Virus record (IMG/VR): IMGVR_UViG_3300018984_000002
Coordinates: 38,777 to 102,776 of that record
Source: a virus
DNA length: 64,000 nucleotides
Direction: 5' to 3' (one strand)
Program-made: the position numbers and the translations under genes
Shown here: in pieces, positions 31,387-40,944 of the stretch
Numbering within the stretch: position 1 is the first letter of the stretch
Layout: the number at the start of each line of letters is the position of its first letter
Notes under the pieces: model-generated
Seen by the model: the letters and a program-made list of their open reading frames with translations, nothing else
The model's database searches: none
Told to the model about the DNA's origin: nothing

Positions 31387-32235
31387 ATGACACTAGCAAC
31401 TATTGGCTCTACCTTAACAGTTAGTACAGTTCCTTTAACAGTAGCCTCTGTTATTGGTGCAATTAAAACAGCTATGTCAGCTGCAACAGTACCTACAGTA
31501 GCTGCGCCATACACAGTTACGACTACAATGTTTGATGATATGAGTGCGTCAGGGTATGTTATTTATCAAGTTATCACAGACTCTACTAAGCTCAAAGGTG
31601 TTGCTTATCTCAGAATAAATGTAACAGCTACCGCAAGTGCAATTACTTTAACTCATTCTTTAAGTGATACTTGGAATGCTACTACTCACACAGTAGTGGC
31701 TGGTCAATCCCCCGCAGGAACTAACGGTACATTTAGTAGTACTTTTAATATAAATAATCCAATTAACTTTACACCTATAAAACACCCAGAAGCACAACTA
31801 GTACTAGTAGATCAAGGCGGTACAACTCCATTTGCGTATGTAGGATGGATGCGTCCATTCTTTAAACCTATTGAGTGGGACGAAAGTGCTTGCCCTTATT
31901 TATTTATTCCCGCAAACGAATTCTTAATTACATACCACGGAGTACATTACAATCTCTTTCCTTTTACTGGAGCAAATGGAGTTAGTATGGTTCCTCATGT
32001 GCAATATCAAAAAGTAAATAAAATTAGCGGTTTACCACCTATCAAAACTGGACCATTAGAGTTATTAGTTCTAACAGCAAATGAAGGTGGTTGTGGTAGT
32101 TTTAGTTCAGATCTTGCTATTGGGGGTTGTGCTAATATTCCACGTATAATTAACACTGTAACTACAGCTACAGGTACTTATACTATTCTGAGTAGTTATG
32201 GTGTCGCAGCATCTTTATTAATACAAACAGCGTAA
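31387..32235 (+). CDS. putative receptor-binding / tail fibre-associated protein
   Basis: Thr/Ala-rich 282 aa directly after the fibre gene. Confidence 0.5.
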   Translation: MTLATIGSTLTVSTVPLTVASVIGAIKTAMSAATVPTVAAPYTVTTTMFDDMSASGYVIYQVITDSTKLKGVAYLRINVTATASAITLTHSLSDTWNATTHTVVAGQSPAGTNGTFSSTFNINNPINFTPIKHPEAQLVLVDQGGTTPFAYVGWMRPFFKPIEWDESACPYLFIPANEFLITYHGVHYNLFPFTGANGVSMVPHVQYQKVNKISGLPPIKTGPLELLVLTANEGGCGSFSSDLAIGGCANIPRIINTVTTATGTYTILSSYGVAASLLIQTA

Positions 32236-32239
32236 TATT

Positions 32240-32392
32240 ATGGCAGACTATCAAGCTACTACTGCAAAAAACGAAACTTTAAGTACTAAAGGTAACTATA
32301 AAACATTTGCGGGTGGACAAGCTATTGGAGGTTCTAATACTGGAAACAGTACCCCTACTGCCACTCAAACTATAGGACAATTGTTTCCTTAA
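32240..32392 (+). CDS. 50-aa Thr/Gly-rich protein (not in ORF track)
   Basis: MADYQATTAKNETLSTKGNYKTFAGG...QLFP; fills the gap and its stop overlaps the convergent gene. Confidence 0.55.
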   Translation: MADYQATTAKNETLSTKGNYKTFAGGQAIGGSNTGNSTPTATQTIGQLFP

Positions 32393-33612
32393 ACTTGAAA
32401 AGGTGTAGACTTATTTATTGCGTGTACATAAGAACTTGTCGATAATAACTCTCCATTGGTGTCTGGTATTACATTTCTAGCATCAGAAAATGGTAAGAAA
32501 ATATTTCCTTGTTCGTTAGTAGGAAGAGGAAATAGTACACGGGGATTTCCAGTTGTAACTTTAACTGTAGGGGCTAGTCCTGTGTAACTAGCGGGATTTA
32601 TAACTAAACTACTTCTGTCCATTCCTCCGATTTGAAGATTTAGGTAACTTGAATAAATATCGTTTGAATCATGATGCCATACTCCCGACAAATCTAAATA
32701 AGATCCTTGTGGAACTAACCAAAAAGAGTCTATTCTATTTAGTTTTCCATCAAGAGTAACATACCCAAAAGCTTTTGTCTGTCCATATAAAACAGATCCA
32801 AGACTACTTTTTACGGTAATTAATCGCCAAATCAAAATAAAATTAGGATTATAGTTTTCGGAATCTCTAGCTAAGGCTGGTATTGGAGTGTTAAATAGGT
32901 AACTTAAATCTACACTGGGAAAATTAAAAAATCTATGAATAGTAACTGGAGTAAACATCGTAACTATGTTTTTCGATGTTTTTTTTAGCTTAGTTGATCT
33001 GGGTAAATCTAAATATCTTAAAAATCTAAGACCAGATGTAACACGTTCATCAATGTATTCCAAATACGTGGAAGTAGCTTTGTTAAAAGACACTATACTG
33101 CTACTATGACTTATTAAATACTCTTTAAATTCTGCCAACAAATAGTCTACTTTAAACTTACTAGTTCCTACTTTTCCACTATTTATCTTAGGATAAAGCA
33201 AATCTTTTAGCTTAGTAATAATAGTATTTTTATTTAATACATAAGATCCTCTATCAATAACTATTTCTTTAGTATCTAATGTCCCTGCTAAATCTAAAAG
33301 TTCTAGATAATAGTCGTATTTCGATAGTATCACTTCATTATCCTTGTAATGTCTATTAGTTATTTTATTTATTCTAGTTTCTTTTTTTACAATTTCTGTG
33401 TAAGCATACCACTGATTATTTGCATAAAACAAATTAACATTACCAGGACTTTCAACATTTAAGCTAATTGCATATTCAGTTGTATTACCTATTTTTATTG
33501 GGATACGGGCATTAATACCACCTTGACTTGCGTATCCGGTTAGTATTGTATTATTGCGTTGACTAAATATTCTAGTCAATTCTTGTATTAACTGTTCTTT
33601 ATTTATATCCAT
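32389..33612 (-). CDS. hypothetical, possibly structural protein on the opposite strand
   Basis: 407-aa ORF; start codon overlaps the portal start codon. Confidence 0.6.
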   Translation of the reverse strand: MDINKEQLIQELTRIFSQRNNTILTGYASQGGINARIPIKIGNTTEYAISLNVESPGNVNLFYANNQWYAYTEIVKKETRINKITNRHYKDNEVILSKYDYYLELLDLAGTLDTKEIVIDRGSYVLNKNTIITKLKDLLYPKINSGKVGTSKFKVDYLLAEFKEYLISHSSSIVSFNKATSTYLEYIDERVTSGLRFLRYLDLPRSTKLKKTSKNIVTMFTPVTIHRFFNFPSVDLSYLFNTPIPALARDSENYNPNFILIWRLITVKSSLGSVLYGQTKAFGYVTLDGKLNRIDSFWLVPQGSYLDLSGVWHHDSNDIYSSYLNLQIGGMDRSSLVINPASYTGLAPTVKVTTGNPRVLFPLPTNEQGNIFLPFSDARNVIPDTNGELLSTSSYVHAINKSTPFQV

Positions 33613-34960
33613 GACAGATTATATTGCTGGTGCTATTAGTTCTCAAATTGCTTTACTTACTACTACTGTATTAAATGATTTTACTAATCCGCACAAATAT
33701 ACTATCCAAATGCTTATTGATGCAATGGAAAGTGACCCTGTGGCTTATGCTTGTTGCCAGTTAAAAGGTTTACGTGCTAGTCAAAGTATTGGTTTATTTG
33801 AACACACAAATAAAGATATTCAAAAATGGATACGTGGAAATATTGAAAGCATGGAAGGTACACTAGCAGATACTGTTGGTACTGCTAGTAAAGCAATGGC
33901 ACTTGGTTTTAGTTGCTTAGAACATATATTTACTGAAGTAGATCAAAACCATTTTGGAGAAATTAGATTGCGAGGTTTCCATGTATTAGACCCACGCAAA
34001 GTAACATTTCAGTTAATGGATGGAAAAATACAATATGTTAAATACATTGATGCTGGAATAACTAAATACATACCTTATTGGAAAGTAATTCATACTAATA
34101 ACACTACAGTACTTAACTTTGCAGAAAGAGCATTGTATGGTAGTCCTGAAATGTTACGTGCATATCCATACATCAAACTAAAACAACTAATATTTGCCGA
34201 GATGGGTATTAGCGCAAAGTCACTAGCTACTGGTATTTTAGTAGGATACACCGACAGTAATAATCGTGTCGAACTTTATGGTAGTAATGGTCAACCTATT
34301 TCAGATGGACGTGGAGGTCATGTTACTGTTAGTGCTGCTGAAAATCTTAGTCGTCAGTTAAGTACTTTGGAAAACCATTCCAGAATAGTCACAGACAAAC
34401 AAAACCAAATTACGGCTTTAAGTGTGCCTGCTGGAGAAAACTTTTGGAACCTTGCACTACAAAATATCAATACTCAGATAATGAGATGCTTTTTAGTACC
34501 ATCACTTATCTTTGATGAAGGTAGTGGTAGTCTTGGTGTTAATGGTCTTAGTTACACTCACCTTAGTATTCTTGATTCCAGCATCGAAGCAGTGGTTGGT
34601 CGTATCCGTGATAATTTAGTTGAAAAAATAGTCAGACCTCTTCTTATACTTAATTTCGGACCTCAAGAAGAGTATGGCGAATTCAAGGTAGAAGCAAGAC
34701 AAGACCCACAAACTCAGAACTTAGTCACCAACACATTGATGCAAGCAATGAGTATGGGTCTTATCAGTCAAGGAGACAATGATGCTATGAACCTGTTACG
34801 GTCAGGTGTAGGATTAGCTCCTGTGACCCTAGAAGAGCAACAGTTTCAAGCACAGCTACAAGCACAGCTACAAGCTCTTAACACGCCTCCCGATCCAAAT
34901 GCACAGCCAATGGAAGCGTTACCACCTGGAGAAGAAGCAGAAGAACCTAGTTATCCATAG
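33611..34960 (+). CDS. portal protein (DUF935 / Mu gp29-like)
   Basis: 449 aa; MESDPVAYAC, ALGFSCLE and C-terminal LVEKIVRPLLILNFG are typical of this portal type. Confidence 0.8.
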   Translation: MTDYIAGAISSQIALLTTTVLNDFTNPHKYTIQMLIDAMESDPVAYACCQLKGLRASQSIGLFEHTNKDIQKWIRGNIESMEGTLADTVGTASKAMALGFSCLEHIFTEVDQNHFGEIRLRGFHVLDPRKVTFQLMDGKIQYVKYIDAGITKYIPYWKVIHTNNTTVLNFAERALYGSPEMLRAYPYIKLKQLIFAEMGISAKSLATGILVGYTDSNNRVELYGSNGQPISDGRGGHVTVSAAENLSRQLSTLENHSRIVTDKQNQITALSVPAGENFWNLALQNINTQIMRCFLVPSLIFDEGSGSLGVNGLSYTHLSILDSSIEAVVGRIRDNLVEKIVRPLLILNFGPQEEYGEFKVEARQDPQTQNLVTNTLMQAMSMGLISQGDNDAMNLLRSGVGLAPVTLEEQQFQAQLQAQLQALNTPPDPNAQPMEALPPGEEAEEPSYP

Positions 34961-34978
34961 AGTCCGAAAATATAAGTA

Positions 34979-35707
34979 CTAATCCAGTCCTAACACACTT
35001 TTAGCTGCTTCTTTTAAATATCTTAATTCCAATAAAAGTTGTCCATTTCTTTTCTGTGTAGGATTTTCCCCTTTCCCAATACGTTGAAAAGTAGTTGCAC
35101 GTTTAGATATTGTTCTTAAATGTCTTTTTTCAATACCTTTAATATTTATAAATTCCCCCGATGTCAATAACTCATTATCGTCATCTTTCAAAATACCAGC
35201 GCACCCAGGATGTTCTTGACTAGCTTGATTATATTCATCAACTATTTCTTCGGCATCCGTTAAACGTCCTTGCAAATAACGAACTGTTTCTTGTTGTTCA
35301 AGCTGCATTTGATCTAAACGATTCGTAATAGTCACCATATATTGCTGAATCAAGGCAGCGTCAGTATTAGGTTTAATTTGGTTAATAGAGTATTCTCCTG
35401 TTTTGCGGATACTCGGAATAACTTCATCTGTAATCCAGCGAGTAAATCTTTTCGCTTCATCCTTTCGAGAAGTAAAAATAAGGGAATACAAACCGGATTC
35501 GTTTATAGTTAGCATCTCTTGCTCTCCTGAAGGGGTACGAACAATATTCTTACCCTTCTGATAATCCTCTAAACGGCTAACTGCCTTAGATGTATCTGAT
35601 AAATCTAATACTTGACAAATATCTGCTGCAACCCATCTAGGATTATCTGGCGTACCTAAGACACGAATCTCAAAACCTTCAAAATTTAGTTCAGCTAAAA
35701 AAGACAT
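34979..35707 (-). CDS. BRO-N domain antirepressor-like protein
   Basis: FEGFEIRV, PRWVAADICQVL, INESGLYSLIFTSRK, FTRWITDEVIPSIRKTGEY. Confidence 0.9.
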   Translation of the reverse strand: MSFLAELNFEGFEIRVLGTPDNPRWVAADICQVLDLSDTSKAVSRLEDYQKGKNIVRTPSGEQEMLTINESGLYSLIFTSRKDEAKRFTRWITDEVIPSIRKTGEYSINQIKPNTDAALIQQYMVTITNRLDQMQLEQQETVRYLQGRLTDAEEIVDEYNQASQEHPGCAGILKDDDNELLTSGEFINIKGIEKRHLRTISKRATTFQRIGKGENPTQKRNGQLLLELRYLKEAAKSVLGLD

Positions 35708-36734
35708 AATCAATTTAATCAACAACTTATTTCAATACTGGTCTAATAATTCAGAAACGTCCAATAGATTTTTATGTACAAAAACAGAAAAACCATAGAG
35801 AATCATCTATGGTTTAAAAGCTCAAAGAATAGTTATTTACAGAATTTGCGCCACGGGTTAAGGGGGTTTAGAATCTCGAAAAGCCTTGCCTAATAAAGCT
35901 AAATGGACACGAGTAGAAGTAAATAACGACGAATAGGTTTTAAAAACTAAGAATCAAAATACTTACCTCTTTCAATAAATGGTTTAATAGCTGACAATAT
36001 AACCGGAATGCTATCGTCTACAGATTCTAAAAGAATATTTAGAGAATAAGTAGAAGAAGTTTCAGGATGTTTACGTAACATAGCTACACTGCCATTCTTG
36101 TAAACTACGTGAACTAATACATCTGAATAATTCTCAATTAAAACATCTTCTGTATTTAGACCTTCTTTTTCTAAGGCTGTAAGAATCTGTTGAGCTACAT
36201 TATCTGATAATTCTGACATTGTTTTGTTTTCCTAATAAAGTTAGTAGTTAGAGTCCGAAATAATAGGATGTTTAATTACCTTCATATCTTTAACATCAAG
36301 TTCAATCATACTTTCCTGTATTGTTATTACTAGTTTTGGTAAACCTACTTCAACATAAAAGGTTTCTACACCTCTATCTTTATTTGTTTTCAAAGAAGAA
36401 GTAAAACCTGGAGATAATAAATCAACTAATTCTCCATATTCCGGATTAGTATCAAATAAAGATTGTAGTATTGACCAATTTACAACTTGTCTTTTGGTTT
36501 CAGCACCGACATAATTTATAGAGTCAGCAATAATTTTACTATTGCTTTCTTTATTTAAAACTTCACCAGTCTTTGTGTTAATTAGATAAGTTTTATTGTT
36601 GGTGTCTGTAACTAAAAATAAATAATATTCTAAATTAACAATCATATATCATATGTGTCTGAAATAATAGTATCACTAGGTTTTCTAGATCGGCGTCTTA
36701 TTTTATGTATTTGTCCACAATTACAGATCATTGT

Positions 36735-37256
36735 TTATTTGTCATCCCTCCAATCCTTAGCCCACATAAAAGGGATATTAGCTGCTTTGGCGGCTAGTTT
36801 ATCTTCTTCTCTGTCTCCTACCATTAGTGATTCTTCTATTGAGTTACTAGCTTGTTTTCCTTCCCAGTTCCAAGTTAATCTATGGGCAAAATCCAACATT
36901 CCTGCTCCTGGTTTTCTGAAATTGTATCCACGAATAGTTACACAATAAGGTTCAAGAAATTCTGATTCTACAACCCAACATTCTTTCCCCTCTACATCTG
37001 GACAAAAAAGAATAGCTTCTAATCTCCAAGCTAATTCTAAAGTAAAGTACTGTTCAGCTATGCAATTCTCTAGTGTTTTATGTCCGGCAGCAACACCGCC
37101 TTGATTAGTCACTCCTATTACTGTCCAGTAATTATATTCTTTAAATTTTTCTTCTACCCCCTTAATTAATCTTTGATCTTCAGGGTTAGTTATAAAAGTA
37201 TTATCACTTATAGGTTCTCGCACTGTGCCATCTAAATCTAACAACAATAGTTTCAT
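36735..37256 (-). CDS. HAD-IIIA phosphatase (polynucleotide 3'-phosphatase / GmhB-like)
   Basis: LLDLDGT, VTNQGGV, FRKPGAGM and LMVGDR motifs. Confidence 0.85.
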   Translation of the reverse strand: MKLLLLDLDGTVREPISDNTFITNPEDQRLIKGVEEKFKEYNYWTVIGVTNQGGVAAGHKTLENCIAEQYFTLELAWRLEAILFCPDVEGKECWVVESEFLEPYCVTIRGYNFRKPGAGMLDFAHRLTWNWEGKQASNSIEESLMVGDREEDKLAAKAANIPFMWAKDWRDDK

Positions 37257-37262
37257 GGTTGA

Positions 37263-37481
37263 TTATTCTTTACGAGGAGAGATAGGTATGTATGCCCAGT
37301 ATTTAGCTTTTATTACACTAAAATCATTAGATTCCAAATACTCATCATCAAAAGAGTTGTAGTACCCTAAATGTAAAACGATTCCAGTATCTATTAATAC
37401 CTCTTTAGTTCTATCAGGTTTTATTAAACTAGCATCTTCCCACTGCAACCACGGTTGTAAGATATTTTCTGTTCTGCACAT
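37263..37481 (-). CDS. DUF551-like small protein
   Basis: W-x(5)-KP-x(4)-VL, GYY and YWAYIP pattern. Confidence 0.45.
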   Translation of the reverse strand: MCRTENILQPWLQWEDASLIKPDRTKEVLIDTGIVLHLGYYNSFDDEYLESNDFSVIKAKYWAYIPISPRKE

Positions 37482-38296
37482 AATTACCCTATTCGTAATG
37501 CAGGTTGATTTAGTAATGTAAAACTATTATTTCTATTTAAAATAATTCTTGCTATTTGCATTCCTTGTTCAAGTGCTTTAAATCCGTACTCATTTAAATC
37601 TTCTACATCTAAACAAGTTATTGTTTTTAAATCTTGATTTACTATTACTTTTACATAGTCTAATTTTCCTTTGTTAACAAAAGGTATATTAATTGTAACT
37701 ATAGCTCCAACTGTATTAATTTCTAACATAATTAAGTATCTACCTCATTTAAAGACTGTACTTCTTTGTCACTTCTAAAAACTAATACTTTTCCTACTTG
37801 ATACACAAATTTATAACGTTTAAACAATGGTAGACACCTTAATGGAAAAGTAATCACTAAAAACACAAACCATAAAGTAGGATTTACGGCATAGTAGTAA
37901 TTACCCTCAATATCTCTTTCTTCTACAAAGTATTTATCTGGATAATATTTAGATGGGGAACCTGTCATGTTAATCAAAAAATATAGGTATACTTACTTTT
38001 GGTTGAATGAAATCATCATAATAAGCTACATCTTTTTCCTCTCTAGAATCAAACTCAGTGTGTAAATAATACCACTCTACAGGAAAAACAAAATACCAGT
38101 TTGTATCTATTTTTCCTGTATACTCTTTTAGTTGCAATTTAGTTTGTTGTCGAATAGTTCTTTGGGCATTGTGAATTTTAGCCTTACGACCTTTACGATA
38201 TCCATAAGCACTATGTTTGTACCATTTAATTAAAACAACTTTCATTCTTCTAGGTTTCTAGATACCTTATATTTCGGACTCATCTGAAACATACAA

Positions 38297-38515
38297 CTAT
38301 TCTTTAGGACTCTGTACAACTTTCCAACCCTTCTTCAAAAGAGTTTGAAAAGTCGCGTATCCACGGCTACCTTTAGGTACATCGTAGTCAGGCACTTTGT
38401 ATTGAGGAAAACTAGTATAAGGTAACCACTGACTGAGGGGATCTAAACGTAGATATAGTATCTTAGTTCCATTTGGCTCATTACTCATCCAACACATTTC
38501 TTTTTGGTTATTCAT
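38297..38515 (-). CDS. small protein resembling a conserved cyanobacterial hypothetical family
   Basis: LYLR...WLPYTSFPQYKVPDY...SRGYATFQTLLKKGW recalled from cyanobacterial proteins. Confidence 0.5.
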   Translation of the reverse strand: MNNQKEMCWMSNEPNGTKILYLRLDPLSQWLPYTSFPQYKVPDYDVPKGSRGYATFQTLLKKGWKVVQSPKE

Positions 38516-38687
38516 TGTTCTTTTTCCTTGGATTTAGATTTAGATTAGGAAACCATGATTTTATTTCACCATTCTCAGTTGTAGGTTCTGAGGGTTGATC
38601 GTCTTCGATAGGATCATAAATATCATCGCCGTCTTCTGGCATAAAATCGTCCCAAGAGACTTTGTTGTTATCTTTAGATTCAGTCAT
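38508..38687 (-). CDS. 59-aa acidic protein (not in ORF track)
   Basis: MTESKDNNKVSWDDFMPEDGDDIYDPIEDDQPSEP... Confidence 0.5.
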   Translation of the reverse strand: MTESKDNNKVSWDDFMPEDGDDIYDPIEDDQPSEPTTENGEIKSWFPNLNLNPRKKNNE

Positions 38688-38748
38688 CTTAAATAAATAA
38701 GGTATAGTATATTTATTGTAGAACTAATTATTTGTACTAAATACTGTA

Positions 38749-39333
38749 ATGAAAAAGCAAACTGAAATTGAAACTGTGGCAAGCCCTCGTTATGAACTAA
38801 AAGACGGTTATCTTACTATTACTGTTAATACATACAACAATGCGACCGAAAAACCAAAGTATGTTATCAAACGTATTAGTCGTAGCAATTTAAGTGACTT
38901 TATTAAAATGTATGAATTACTGATTGAAGAATACTTATATCACAACTTTGAAGTAGGTTCTTTAATTGCCACTGATCGGGGATGGCAATTGTTACAAGAC
39001 ATCGCCAAATTAGTACCTGTAATTAAAAATGGGGATCGTGTAGCTTTAAATATTGAAGAACTAGAAGACGATTACGAGATGATAAGCTTACTATTCCTTA
39101 CTGAGGATGTAACAGAGAGAGGTGTAGGCAAAGACCCAGAACCTGGATTAAAACCTAGCTTATTGTCTCGGCTTAATCACCTAGACCAGGGGGTATTAGT
39201 GGGAAAGGCTTTTCCAAACATTCAGGAGAGGAGGGCAGACGAAATACTAAGGATACAAACAGCAACAAAAGCAATACAAGTTATGAACCCAGTAGTGGAA
39301 ACCACGACGCCTACAACCTTGCAGTCATCTTAG
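38749..39333 (+). CDS. putative tail assembly chaperone (G-like product)
   Basis: Contains the lambda-type slippery heptamer G GGA AAG in the correct phase, with an open -1 frame behind it. Confidence 0.65.
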   Translation: MKKQTEIETVASPRYELKDGYLTITVNTYNNATEKPKYVIKRISRSNLSDFIKMYELLIEEYLYHNFEVGSLIATDRGWQLLQDIAKLVPVIKNGDRVALNIEELEDDYEMISLLFLTEDVTERGVGKDPEPGLKPSLLSRLNHLDQGVLVGKAFPNIQERRADEILRIQTATKAIQVMNPVVETTTPTTLQSS

Positions 39334-39572
39334 AGCTACACCCAACTCAAGCCAAATGGATATGGGAAACATTTGACCATGTATTCATCCAAGACCTAAT
39401 AACTGAAACAATTGATCTACGTAAGCTAGACGATACTGATAACCCAAATAAACCAAAACCAAATGAAGGATTATCAGAAGCAGAAATAGAACAAGTAAAA
39501 CAGTTATACGATAGTGATGTTAAATTACCTAATGGTAAAACATTATCTCAATTAGCTAACTTTGATTTTTAA
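39201..39572 (+). CDS. -1 frameshift extension (GT-like product)
   Basis: -1 frame open from GGGAAAG (39201-39207) to TAA at 39570-39572: GKGFSKHSG...HDAYNLAVILELHPTQAKWIWETFD...LANFDF. Confidence 0.65.
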   Translation, partial: GKGFSKHSGEEGRRNTKDTNSNKSNTSYEPSSGNHDAYNLAVILELHPTQAKWIWETFDHVFIQDLITETIDLRKLDDTDNPNKPKPNEGLSEAEIEQVKQLYDSDVKLPNGKTLSQLANFDF

Positions 39573-39597
39573 TCCCTAAGTTATTAGGGATTTTTTT
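39572..39597. terminator. intrinsic terminator after the -1 frame ORF
   Basis: ATCCCTAA/TTAGGGAT stem plus T run directly after the extension stop codon. Confidence 0.75.
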
Positions 39598-39943
39598 ATT
39601 GATCTAAATATTTTGTGGGTCTTGCAGTATCTTTAACCACATATCTGATTGTTCCTTGTTTAATAAGTTAACAACAGTATATTTACCAAATGTATGTATA
39701 TCTGTTTTATCAAAAGGATCAGAATCTACATTTATACTCCAAATAGAAATTAAGGCGGGTACTCTGGTAAATATTTGGTCACCTTTAGTAACTACTAAAG
39801 GAATTGTTTTTCTTAATGGAAAAACCCTATAACCTAGTTTTAAATAATCATGTGTACTTCCATGATGTAGTAACCTAGGTAGACACTGTGTTTCTCTTAG
39901 TTCTAAATTAGAGTTATCGGATTCCCTTAATGCCAAAACATCG

Positions 39944-40552
39944 TTATATTCTACTTTGATACCCATCTTTCTTATGCTTCTCAATATGTTGTCTTTTATT
40001 TAAAATCAATTCTATTAAATAAGATCTCTGTAATACAGACACATCTGTATTTAAACATAAAAACATATCCGAGTCGGGAATTTCTATTCCTATGTAAATT
40101 GGAAATGGATTTAGAATAGATTTAGCAAACATAATCATAAAAGTAGAAGTGAAAGTAAACTCATTTCTACTTGTACAACTCATACCAACTACAAAGCCAT
40201 GCGCTAAAAGTATTTTTGTAATAATAGAACATAACTGATGTGCAGGGTCATTATCTGAATAACTAACATATTTAGTATACGGATTAGGTCTTGTTCTGTT
40301 CTCTTTGACTATTGCTAAATCATTTTTGCAACTAGGAAACCAACTATAAAAGCCAAAAGAATTAACACTAATACTTAATTGATATTTAGGTAGTGGAAAA
40401 CTTGAAGGAATATTATTTGGATCATCTCTGACTAAATATTCTTCTTGTTTTACATAATAAATTACATCTCTTTTATCCGGCGAGAGTGTAGTTGCTTCAA
40501 AGTAATTAATGAAATCGTATTTACAGATATCTAATATTTGATTAATTTCCAT
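39944..40552 (-). CDS. hypothetical protein
   Basis: 202-aa ORF, no motif recognised. Confidence 0.55.
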   Translation of the reverse strand: MEINQILDICKYDFINYFEATTLSPDKRDVIYYVKQEEYLVRDDPNNIPSSFPLPKYQLSISVNSFGFYSWFPSCKNDLAIVKENRTRPNPYTKYVSYSDNDPAHQLCSIITKILLAHGFVVGMSCTSRNEFTFTSTFMIMFAKSILNPFPIYIGIEIPDSDMFLCLNTDVSVLQRSYLIELILNKRQHIEKHKKDGYQSRI

Positions 40553-40574
40553 TTGTTTATATTACTGAATAATA

Positions 40575-40608
40575 GTCCGAAACTAAGCACCCTTATATTA
40601 TTTCGGAC
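40575..40608. repeat. inverted pair of GTCCGAAA motifs (dyad element 1)
   Basis: GTCCGAAA at 40575 and TTTCGGAC at 40601, intergenic. Confidence 0.85.
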
Positions 40609-40944
40609 ATTTAATTTACATTATGCCTTTACGCTTCTTTTCTTCTTCGTGGTCTATCTGCCAGCAGGCTAAAAAGAATATAGCTTCTATCATAGGGTCT
40701 GTTGTGTAATCTTCAGGTAAATGATCTGTACATCTGTACATGAAATTTGTTTGACTATTTCTATGTAATGTTCTAGCCCAACTATCGCAATTACATATTT
40801 CACATACTGATTCATCTTCATTATCTTCTGGTGGAATAATTTCATACTCTAAATGTTCTTCCATTTTACTTCTGACTCCAATCTTCAACTATAAAACTAC
40901 TATAGTCACTATCCTCTTCTACCGGGATATATTTAATAAAACGA

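Noticed and set aside
28595-32235. Possible diversity-generating retroelement target in the fibre genes
   Set aside because: No reverse transcriptase and no adenine-variant template/variable repeat pair seen in the window.
35726-35946. Intergenic stretch checked for tRNA, ncRNA or CRISPR leader
   Set aside because: No cloverleaf or T-loop and no repeats follow; only a CCATAGA/TCTATGG hairpin consistent with a terminator.
39570-39597. AATCCCTAA...TTAGGGATT hairpin resembling a cyanobacterial CRISPR repeat core
   Set aside because: Single copy directly after a stop codon with a T run; it is a terminator, not an array.
4688-39604. Motif as the recombination site behind strand-switched gene blocks
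   Set aside because: Only the 34962 junction carries a copy; the other strand switches lack one.
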